Notes under the pieces: model-generated
The model's database searches: none
What the model was told of the DNA's origin: nothing
Seen by the model: only the letters and a program-made list of their open reading frames with translations
Shown here: in pieces, positions 9,951 to 18,352 of the stretch
Position numbering within the stretch: position 1 is the first letter of the stretch
Layout: the number at the start of each line of letters is the position of its first letter
Source: Candidatus Poribacteria bacterium
GTDB taxonomy: Bacteria; Poribacteria; WGA-4E; PCPOR2b
Assembly (NCBI GenBank): GCA_965116925.1
Contig: OZ220744.1
Span: 1,280,001-1,344,000 of the forward strand
Length of the DNA stretch: 64,000 nt
Direction: 5' to 3'
Translations under genes and position numbers: made by a program

Positions 9951-10943
9951 ATGAAAAAAACAGTAACAGTCATCTGCCATCACGAGCACGGCATTCCCGA
10001 AGAAGTCGCCCAAGTTGAAGCGTGGGACACCCCCGTCATCGCTCCCAACCAAGTTCTAGTTGAGATGAAAGCTTCACCGATTAATCCCGCCGACATCAAC
10101 AGACTTGAGGGGAAGTATCCGATTCGCTCCCCGCTACCGGCAATTGCGGGAAACGAAGGCGTTGGTATCATTGCAAAAACAGGCAGTGCCGTTTCCAATC
10201 TGCGTGTCGGTCAACCCGTGATCTCGCTAGACCGAGTGGGTCACTGGTGCGATGCGTATGCCTCAGACGCCCAAAGCCTGATTCCCCTGCCAGATGATAT
10301 TCCGCTGGAGCAAGCAGCAATGCTATCGGTCAACCCGCCAACCGCTTGGCGGATGCTTGAAGGGTTCGTTGACCTCAAACCCGGCGATTGGGTGATTCAG
10401 AACGCCGCCAACTCCGGCGTCGGTCGGGCTGTGATTCAGATTGCACGGCTCCGCGGCTTGAGAACCATTAATGTCGTGCGCCGAAAAGATCTGATCCCCG
10501 AACTTGAGGCGGAAGGTGCCGATATCGTCGTCACCGATGAGATTCCACTATCGAAACAAATTCGGGACTTGACCGGTAACGCTGATGTGCCACTTGGATT
10601 GAACGCTGTCGGTGGGGAGAGTGCACGGGAGATAGCCAAATCACTCAGCGATCACGGCACATTGGTCACCTACGGTGCGATGGGACTCCAGCCACTGCAA
10701 ATGAGCAATAGCCTGTTGATCTTCAAAGACCTCTGTTTCCGTGGCTTTTGGATTAATGCTTGGTATAAACGCGCTGATACTAAGGACATTCATGATATGT
10801 TCAATCAATTAATCCCTCTCATAACGTCAGGAAAATTGACAGTGCCGGTTGAGAAGGTCTATCCACTCACCGATGCCAAGACGGCTCTAGCCCATGCGTG
10901 TCAGAACGCTCGGAAAGGAAAAATCCTGTTCGTGATGAATTGA
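9951..10943 (+). CDS. 2-enoyl thioester reductase (MECR/Etr1-like)
   Basis: SPINPADIN..EGKY, GNEGVG, VNPPTAW, QNAANSGVG and VTYGAM motifs. Confidence 0.9.
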   Translation: MKKTVTVICHHEHGIPEEVAQVEAWDTPVIAPNQVLVEMKASPINPADINRLEGKYPIRSPLPAIAGNEGVGIIAKTGSAVSNLRVGQPVISLDRVGHWCDAYASDAQSLIPLPDDIPLEQAAMLSVNPPTAWRMLEGFVDLKPGDWVIQNAANSGVGRAVIQIARLRGLRTINVVRRKDLIPELEAEGADIVVTDEIPLSKQIRDLTGNADVPLGLNAVGGESAREIAKSLSDHGTLVTYGAMGLQPLQMSNSLLIFKDLCFRGFWINAWYKRADTKDIHDMFNQLIPLITSGKLTVPVEKVYPLTDAKTALAHACQNARKGKILFVMN

Positions 10944-11130
10944 GACGTGATGCGTGAAATGAAGTTGTTGTATCTGTCCCTTTGATATTACCTTTACGAC
11001 TTACGCAGCTAGCTCATAAGTCCCTCTGATTTTTCCAAGTCTCCCTGACAAGGGGGATTTAGGGGGTTAAAAAATCGAGTGCCTTGGGTAGATTATCTCC
11101 TTAACCTGTGGGAGGATTGTGCCGTAAGAA

Positions 11131-12441
11131 ATGGAAGTATCCCATAGTCGCCTTGTTAGTAAATCGCCGATTTTCTACGGCTGGATTATCATGTTGATCG
11201 GGACGCTGGGAATGATTATGAGCAGTCCCGGTCAGACCTATGTGGTATCGATCTTTATTGAGTCCTTCATCACGGACCTAGGGATTAGTCGGTCGCTTGT
11301 CAGTACGCTCTACACACTGGGCACACTTGTGGGAAGTTTCGTCTTGCCGATTGTGGGATACCAAATCGATCGGCATGGTGCCCGGTTAATAGTGGTGCTG
11401 ATTACCGCGCTTTTCGGATTTGCTTGCGTCTACATGGGCTACGTGCAGAATGCCTTCATGCTCGGTTTAGGGTTCATCGCACTCCGCATGCTCGGTCAAG
11501 GAAGTTTGGGATTGGTCTGCACGAACATTATTAATCAGTGGTGGGTGCGTCGGCGGGGCATGGTGATGGGGATTTCCGGTATGGCAGGCTCCCTTATCAG
11601 TTTGGGCGGTTTTCCAAATCTTGTCAACTGGTTAATTCCTACCTACGGTTGGAGGTCCACTTATATATTCCTTGGGATAATACTTACGTTTGTGATGGCG
11701 CCGGTGGCGTTTATATTTTTTCGTAACCATCCGGAGGATTATGGACTCCAACCAGATGGAGGGGAATCAAGTACATTCAGGTTTCGCAAAAGAAAACAGG
11801 GGACTACGAGATTAACGGAGGTGAACTGGACGCTAGGAGAAGCGATGTGCACAGCCGCTTTCTGGATTTTGGTGGCAAGTCTTTCTGCGATCAGTATGCT
11901 GTCCACCGGTCTATTTTTCCATATGGTCAGCATCTTTACCGATAACGGATTGACACGCAATCTCGCCGCAGCAGTTTTTGTGCCTATCGCTGTGACCACT
12001 GCGGTCGTTAACTGGGGCAGCGGTCTTCTCGTAGATCGAGTCCCGGTGCGTATATTGCTGGCTACTGGTCTGTTCTTCCAAGCACTGTCGCTGTTGATGG
12101 CATGCTCGCTTGCCGACATTACCCTTGCATTGCTGTTTGGCGTTGTCCTCGGAATTTCCAGCGGGCTCATTCGTATCTTGGGCAGCGTAGTCTGGGCGAT
12201 GTACTTCGGACGGCGCCACCTAGGCAGTATCACAGGACTCACCTCAATGGTTACGATTATCGGCTCTGCGCTGGGACCGATGCCCTTGGGAATTGGTCGA
12301 GACCTGTTGGGAAGTTATAATCTTGCGTTAATAATTTCGGCGGCCATTCCACTTCTGCTAGGGATTCTTGCCCTCTTTATTGCTGATCCCGTCCGTTTGA
12401 CGGGGCAGCTGCAAAAGCACAAACAAGAAACAGACGAATAA
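11131..12441 (+). CDS. MFS transporter
   Basis: About 12 hydrophobic segments; G..IDRHGAR motif A; YFGRRHLGSI. Confidence 0.9.
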   Translation: MEVSHSRLVSKSPIFYGWIIMLIGTLGMIMSSPGQTYVVSIFIESFITDLGISRSLVSTLYTLGTLVGSFVLPIVGYQIDRHGARLIVVLITALFGFACVYMGYVQNAFMLGLGFIALRMLGQGSLGLVCTNIINQWWVRRRGMVMGISGMAGSLISLGGFPNLVNWLIPTYGWRSTYIFLGIILTFVMAPVAFIFFRNHPEDYGLQPDGGESSTFRFRKRKQGTTRLTEVNWTLGEAMCTAAFWILVASLSAISMLSTGLFFHMVSIFTDNGLTRNLAAAVFVPIAVTTAVVNWGSGLLVDRVPVRILLATGLFFQALSLLMACSLADITLALLFGVVLGISSGLIRILGSVVWAMYFGRRHLGSITGLTSMVTIIGSALGPMPLGIGRDLLGSYNLALIISAAIPLLLGILALFIADPVRLTGQLQKHKQETDE

Positions 12442-12931
12442 ACGAGCCGAACCCCTTTGTTTTCTAGTAAGTCGATTTTCCAAGAGCACCATTCTAGTTT
12501 GCTTTTCGCTCCAGAGGAGCGATATGTCTATAGAACGGCGATATGTCCAATACCTGCGCTCCAAAGGAGCGCACAAACGCATGGTTCTTCGTAGGGATTG
12601 GGTCTCCCAACCCGTTGTTCACCCGTCATAGACGATTTCGGACTTCTGTAGGTCGATTTTCCAAAATCGACACTCCCTAGCACATAGCGCAATGTTCCAG
12701 TATTTTGTCGAGATATGAATCTTGACCTACAATCTCCTTTTGTACCACGATCTGTTAGATTGTGATCTTAGTCTGCAAACTAACAGTTTGCGCTACTTAT
12801 GGCAGATTGCCTGGTGATTACAGCGTTTACCGAATGAGCAGCTTCAAAATGTCAACACGCCCTAACAACTTACGTTATAATATGTGGATTTTCCAAGACG
12901 TAATATTTTCAATATAAAGGGAGAAAGCTAT

Positions 12932-13906
12932 ATGCCGACAGAAACCTCAACCCGAGCCAAAATTGTCGTTCCCGGCGACAACCCACCACAGATACAAGGT
13001 TCCCCACATCTAGAGCGACTCGAGCCCTACGGCGATGTCACTTTGTACACAGATCGTCCAGAGTCACTTGAGGAACAGATTGACCGCACAAAAGACGCAG
13101 ATGTTATCATGAACACACGCGGCATTGTGACGTGGTACGCCGAAGCCTTACACCAAGTCCCGAAACTACGGCTAATTGCGACCTGCTCAATCGGGACAGA
13201 CAATATCGATCTGGACACAGCAAGGGAGCTTGGTGTTGTAATTTGCAATCAACCCGGCAGGACAGCCCCCGTTGTCGCTGAACACGGGTTTGGATTGATG
13301 TTCGCTGCAGCCAAACGTGCTGCCTTCATGACGGCAGCCGTGAAGGAAGGCGGTTGGCCCCGAATGGACAACATTTATCTGCAAGACAAAACACTGGGGA
13401 TTGTCGGCACAGGGCACATCGGGGCAGAGATGGCAAGACTTGGTCGCGCCATCGGGATGAACGTAATCGCATGGACTTTCAATCCTTCACCCGAACGGGC
13501 AGCGCAACTCGGAGTCCAGTACGTCGAATTGGATGAACTATTGCAAACGTCGGATGTTGTCAGTCTCCATGTCAAGCTGACCGATGATAGCCGCGAAATG
13601 ATTGGGCAACGGGAGCTCGAACTGATGAAGTCCAACGCTCTGTTGATTAATGTTGCACGTGGTGATATAGTGAATACAGACGCACTCATCGAAGTACTAA
13701 ATGCTGGGCATCTCGGCGGTGCTGGAATTGATGTCTACGATGAGGAACCACCGCCTGCCAACCATCCGCTCCTCGCTTGTGAACAGGTTATTCTGTCGCC
13801 CCATTGTGCGGATATGACACCAGAGGGCGTTAATCTGCTAAATGAGGGAATTGTGGATAACGTCATCGCCTTCCTGGAAGGCAAACCGCAAAATGTAGTG
13901 GTATAA
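12932..13906 (+). CDS. D-isomer-specific 2-hydroxyacid dehydrogenase
   Basis: GIVGTGHIG, INVARG, DVYDEEP and SPH motifs; RBS before ATG 12932. Confidence 0.92.
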   Translation: MPTETSTRAKIVVPGDNPPQIQGSPHLERLEPYGDVTLYTDRPESLEEQIDRTKDADVIMNTRGIVTWYAEALHQVPKLRLIATCSIGTDNIDLDTARELGVVICNQPGRTAPVVAEHGFGLMFAAAKRAAFMTAAVKEGGWPRMDNIYLQDKTLGIVGTGHIGAEMARLGRAIGMNVIAWTFNPSPERAAQLGVQYVELDELLQTSDVVSLHVKLTDDSREMIGQRELELMKSNALLINVARGDIVNTDALIEVLNAGHLGGAGIDVYDEEPPPANHPLLACEQVILSPHCADMTPEGVNLLNEGIVDNVIAFLEGKPQNVVV

Positions 13907-13921
13907 TGCGTAAAATGTAGT

Positions 13922-14126
13922 TATAGTGAATTAGAGAAATAAGTAGACATTTACCAATAACTTCAACCTACTCGAAATTGTCAAAGTCCCCCTGAACCCC
14001 TCTGATAAGAGGGGAAAGACAAGGGAGAAGATCCTCTCTTATCTTCTCCCCTTGTCAGGGGAGTTGGGGGATTTAGGGGGTTAGCTGTACGTTGGGAGTG
14101 TCTAAATAATGCTAAAATCTACTATA
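13922..14126. mobile_element. MITE shell family A (TATAGT...ACTATA), CCCCCT/AGGGGG cargo
   Basis: Ends shared with copies at 17908, 22269, 44878, 47395, 47539 and 56024. Confidence 0.75.
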
Positions 14127-14176
14127 CTTGACACTGGTCAAACTCCACTAATTTATGCCAATGGGGTAGAGGTATC

Positions 14177-14986
14177 ATGATGACAACTTCTGAACGGGAA
14201 GAACTCCGACGGTTAATGCAGGCATCGGGCACACTGTATGCCGACGAGATGCCACTCGCTCATACAAGCTGGAATGAATTGGATCTGTGGCGATTTAGGG
14301 ATTTCTACAGGCAGCAATACGATCAGGAAATTGACCAACTTAACACTCTCACTGAACGCAGTCTATCAAATCTAAAACTCCTTAAATCAGGACATCTGAC
14401 ATTAGCAGGACTTCTCCTTTTTGGCAAAGAACCGCAACAGATTCGACCACAATTCATGGTCAAATCGGTCGCATTTATCGGCAACCGCTTGGAGGGAACA
14501 GAATATCTGGACAGCGAGGACATCGGATCAACCTTAGCCGAACAGTTCAAAGGGACGATGGGATTTCTCAAACGTAATCTACGAAAGCAACAAAACGGTC
14601 AGAACTTTAATTTTCCCGGTATAATGGAAATTCCCCAAATTGCCTTGGAAGAAGCAGTCGTCAACGCGCTTGTTCACCGGGACTACCTGATCAGCAGTAG
14701 CGTCCGCGTCTTTATCTTCGATAATCGTATCGAAATCATCAGCCCCGGCAAGCTGCCTAATACAGCGACGGTCGAGTCGATCCGAGCGGGAATACAGATT
14801 GTCAGGAATCCTGTCTTAATCTCATTTGTCCCGAAGCTAGGAATTCCTTATCGCGGTTTAGGTTCTGGAGTTCCCCGCATGATCGAGGAATGTCGCAAAG
14901 CCAATCTCCCTGAACCTCAATTCATTGAAGATAAGGCTGCTGAAACATTTACAGTTGTCTTTGATAGACCATCAAACACCCATTAA
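14177..14986 (+). CDS. HATPase_c_4 ('RecG C-terminal') protein lacking the usual N-terminal AlbA_2/Schlafen domain; possibly truncated
   Basis: TLAGLLLFGK, EAVVNALVHRDY, RIEIISPG, RNP and GSG motifs. Confidence 0.75.
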   Translation: MMTTSEREELRRLMQASGTLYADEMPLAHTSWNELDLWRFRDFYRQQYDQEIDQLNTLTERSLSNLKLLKSGHLTLAGLLLFGKEPQQIRPQFMVKSVAFIGNRLEGTEYLDSEDIGSTLAEQFKGTMGFLKRNLRKQQNGQNFNFPGIMEIPQIALEEAVVNALVHRDYLISSSVRVFIFDNRIEIISPGKLPNTATVESIRAGIQIVRNPVLISFVPKLGIPYRGLGSGVPRMIEECRKANLPEPQFIEDKAAETFTVVFDRPSNTH

Positions 14987-15289
14987 GAAGCAATTTTTGT
15001 ATTCCTAATAGAACTTACACACATGGTCAGAAAATAGTTATCATCCTAAGTTGCTAGTTATTGGAAATCCATCTGTAGGTCGAGATTCACATCTCGACAC
15101 CCCACCGTCGATTTTGGAAAATCGACCTACAGAAATGATACAATTTGCACAGAGATTAGGGGCTATTGGTTTGAATATGCCGGCTACTAGCAACTTGCGT
15201 TGTAATACTCAACGGTTTGCCACAAGAGCTAATCAAGACAACCGACTCTTTAATCTTAACGATAGCTGAAAGGAGTTCTAAAGAGGATT

Positions 15290-15907
15290 ATGAGACCAAA
15301 ATTGCCACTCTTTTCCCTATCTGTTGTCAAGATAGCAACTTGGGTTCTTTTGCTTACACTCTCCAATCCCGCTTTCTGTGAGAGACGTGGAATTATATTT
15401 GCCTTTAATATAGGCTGGCCCTCAAGCGGCCTGATACTGGGTTACGGCTTGACAGACAAACTCGCGATTGAAGCCCATCTTGCTGCAAACGCTTGTCCCA
15501 CCGCGTCTTGGGGTACAACGGTAGGCATTTCTATGAAATATCGACCCATCCCTGATAATGAAAAGTTCTATCTCTTGGCGGGTTGGTCAAAAATTGCGGA
15601 TGAATCACGGTCGCCCCACTTCCGCCCTAGAACAGACGACCAAGGGAATAAATATGTAACAGCAGGTTACAGTGCTGGATTGAAGTTCGGACTCGGACAC
15701 GAGTTTAGTATTAATCAAGAAAGAGGTCTCGCGGAAAATGTCTTCTGGGCGGTTGAAGGTGGGCTTTATCTGGCGCTGAAAGATGAGAACTGGCGAATTA
15801 CACTCAAGGACGGAGAGCAGGTAATCTCCGAGGAGGAAGAGGACTTTTTTTGGCGTAAATCCCCGTTTTTTCACTCGGGGCCGATCTTCTATTCCAAACG
15901 AGAGTGA
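15290..15907 (+). CDS. Exported hypothetical protein, possible beta-barrel
   Basis: Signal peptide; GAGGA RBS; beta-strand-like Gly/aromatic pattern. Confidence 0.6.
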   Translation: MRPKLPLFSLSVVKIATWVLLLTLSNPAFCERRGIIFAFNIGWPSSGLILGYGLTDKLAIEAHLAANACPTASWGTTVGISMKYRPIPDNEKFYLLAGWSKIADESRSPHFRPRTDDQGNKYVTAGYSAGLKFGLGHEFSINQERGLAENVFWAVEGGLYLALKDENWRITLKDGEQVISEEEEDFFWRKSPFFHSGPIFYSKRE

Positions 15908-15996
15908 TTTGTAAAATCTTGCGGGTGAAACCCCACACCGGCGGATATGTCGCCAATCGAGTCGAACGGACTGCGGCACTGACTCCTGCCCATAAA

Positions 15997-16032
15997 AAAA
16001 CATAACCTTTCGTGTGTGAAAGATTATGTTTT
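15997..16032. terminator. AT-flanked hairpin, possible terminator
   Basis: AAAACATAACCTTTC-GTGTGT-GAAAGATTATGTTTT downstream of the passenger gene. Confidence 0.45.
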
Positions 16033-16087
16033 AGGCCTTACACAACTGATGTGCATAAGTTCTACCTAATTATTGAAGTACCGGAAA

Positions 16088-17932
16088 ATGAACCAACAGA
16101 TTAGCGATAAACTCTCAAACCTACCTGCCGGTCCCGGTGTCTATCTGATGAAAGACGCAGCGGAAAAAGTGCTATACGTCGGCAAGGCAACCTCCTTGCG
16201 CCAGCGGGTCAGATCCTACTTCCAAAATGCTGCCACCCCACACGCCTTGACCAAACCAATGCTGCGCTATGTCGCCGATATCGACGCCATCCTTACTGCA
16301 AGCGATGTTGAGGCGTTAATCCTTGAAAATAACCTCATTAAGGAGTATCAGCCACGCTACAACATTAGACTCAAGGACGACAAACGCTATCCGTATCTAA
16401 AAGTGACCGTCAATGAACCGTTTCCGGGGCTTTACATTACGCGTCAAAAAGAGAATGATGGCGCAAAATATTTTGGTCCCTTTGTACATACCCGTGCGAC
16501 GCGGCAGACCATCAAGCAGCTGACAAAGGTCTTCCCTATCCGCACCTGTAATTTGGAATTGAAAGCATCAGGAAATCCACACCGTGTGTGCTTAGATTAT
16601 CACATTCAACGTTGTCCCGGTCCCTGTGCAGATCTCACCACCGTTGAGGATTACGATCAGATTGTGAAGAGTGTCCGCCGGTTTTTGAGCGGGGACACAG
16701 CGACGGTTCTAAAAGATCTGAAAGAAAAAATGCAGTCCGCTGCAACCGCACTCGATTTTGAAAGTGCCGCGAAATATCGAGACCAGATCGAGAATGTCAA
16801 GGACGCGATTGCCAAGCAGAACCTCGACAACGCGTCCGCAGAAAATGAGGACGTGATTGGTGTAGCGCGAGCGGGAGATGAAGCGTGTGCACAGGTGTTG
16901 ATGATACGCGATGGGAAGCTGATCGAACGCGAGCACTACTTCCTGAAGAATTCGTCTGACTCCATCATTGAGACGCTGACTGCATTTGTTCAGCAGTACT
17001 ATCAAGATGCCTCATTCATTCCGAAAACCATTTTGTTGCCTGACGACATCGAGATGCCGGGAGCCATCCAGCGTTGGCTATCCGAGAAGCGTGGTAGTCA
17101 GGTCACATTGTACATCCCACAGCGGGGGCGTAAACGTCAGTTAGTAGAGATGGCAGCGAAGAATGCGAGTATCATCCTTGAGCAGAAGGAACAGAACGTC
17201 GTCTTCAAAGCCGATGACAACCCCGCCCTGATTGAGTTACAAGAGTTGTTGAACCTACCTCACCCGCCAGCCCGTATTGAGGGGTTTGATATCTCCAATC
17301 TGGGAGATCGATTCCCTGTCGCCTCGATGGTGGTGATGGAAGATGCACAACCCGCGAAATCTGAGTATCGACGCTTTAAGATTCGTACCGTTGAAGGGCA
17401 GAATGACTATGCAATGATGCAGGAGGTCGTCACCCGTCGATTTCGTCGTGCTATTGACGAAAATCGTTTCCCAGATCTGATATTAATCGATGGAGGTAAG
17501 GGACAGTTAAGTGCCGCATACGAAATACTGCAAACACTGGATTTAAGCCATCTTCCAATTATTGGGCTTGCCAAGCGGTTCGAGCATATCTTTCTTCCCG
17601 GCAGATCTGATCCAATCGTGCTCCGGCGCGACAATCCGACACTTCACCTAATCCAGCGGTTGCGCGACGAAGCGCATAGATTCGCTATCACGTATCACCG
17701 AAAACGCCGCAGCCGCGCACTCAGTCACTCAATCCTTGATGAAATTCCGAATGTTGGTGTCAAGCGAAAACAGGCACTGCTTCAACATTTTGGGGCAATT
17801 GAAAAGATTCGTCAGGCCAGCCTTGATGAGCTGCTATCTGTGAAAGGGATACCGCACGGTGTTGCGGCAACTATTCACAAACACTTGAGGGAACAAGAAG
17901 GACAAACTATAGTGAATTCAAAAAATAAATGA
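16088..17932 (+). CDS. uvrC: Excinuclease ABC subunit C
   Basis: PGVYLMK..LYVGKA..LRQRVRSYF, DDKRYPY, RIEGFDIS, DGGKGQL, RDEAHRFA motifs and HhH tail. Confidence 0.97.
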   Translation: MNQQISDKLSNLPAGPGVYLMKDAAEKVLYVGKATSLRQRVRSYFQNAATPHALTKPMLRYVADIDAILTASDVEALILENNLIKEYQPRYNIRLKDDKRYPYLKVTVNEPFPGLYITRQKENDGAKYFGPFVHTRATRQTIKQLTKVFPIRTCNLELKASGNPHRVCLDYHIQRCPGPCADLTTVEDYDQIVKSVRRFLSGDTATVLKDLKEKMQSAATALDFESAAKYRDQIENVKDAIAKQNLDNASAENEDVIGVARAGDEACAQVLMIRDGKLIEREHYFLKNSSDSIIETLTAFVQQYYQDASFIPKTILLPDDIEMPGAIQRWLSEKRGSQVTLYIPQRGRKRQLVEMAAKNASIILEQKEQNVVFKADDNPALIELQELLNLPHPPARIEGFDISNLGDRFPVASMVVMEDAQPAKSEYRRFKIRTVEGQNDYAMMQEVVTRRFRRAIDENRFPDLILIDGGKGQLSAAYEILQTLDLSHLPIIGLAKRFEHIFLPGRSDPIVLRRDNPTLHLIQRLRDEAHRFAITYHRKRRSRALSHSILDEIPNVGVKRKQALLQHFGAIEKIRQASLDELLSVKGIPHGVAATIHKHLREQEGQTIVNSKNK

Positions 17933-18074
17933 ACACTTTCGCTCCTCGGTTTCGATCTCCCCGATAAATCCCCGATGCTCGGGGTAAACTTGTAAACTTA
18001 TTATCGGGACTTGGTAGGCGCTGTTTGTAACTGCGCCGATTTGGAGTGTCTCATTAATTCTAAAATCTACTATA
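17908..18074. mobile_element. MITE shell family A overlapping uvrC 3' end
   Basis: TATAGTGAATTCAAAAAATAAA...ATTAATTCTAAAATCTACTATA. Confidence 0.8.
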
Positions 18075-18352
18075 GTAACAAATTATCGCCATAAATCAGA
18101 AAAAACAAAATTGGAAATATCTGCTTCTGCCAATCTGCTATCAGGTATGAAAATTGCGCTTATTGAGTATATCCTAAACTTGCTGGGAGGGATTACCTGT
18201 CAATTAAGGATAAAGGTCCAGTTTGGTTCCATTACACTCTGTGCTGCCGCACCGAGATGGGCAATCAAACTGTACCAAGTAGTGCAAATCTGAGAAATCT
18301 CAGAGACAGAAAGAAGGAAAACTATTGGTCAATAGGGAGAAGGAAAATTGCA

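Larger units (their letters stand above)
15009..16064. mobile_element. Non-autonomous cassette: family-E ends around a passenger gene
   Basis: TAGAACTTACACAC and GTGCATAAGTTCTA are 12/14 inverted; CCTAA direct repeat at 15004-15008 and 16065-16069. Confidence 0.7.

Noticed and set aside
15204..16000. Integron cassette explanation for the passenger gene
   Set aside because: No convincing attC (RYYYAAC..GTTRRRY) and no integrase in the window.
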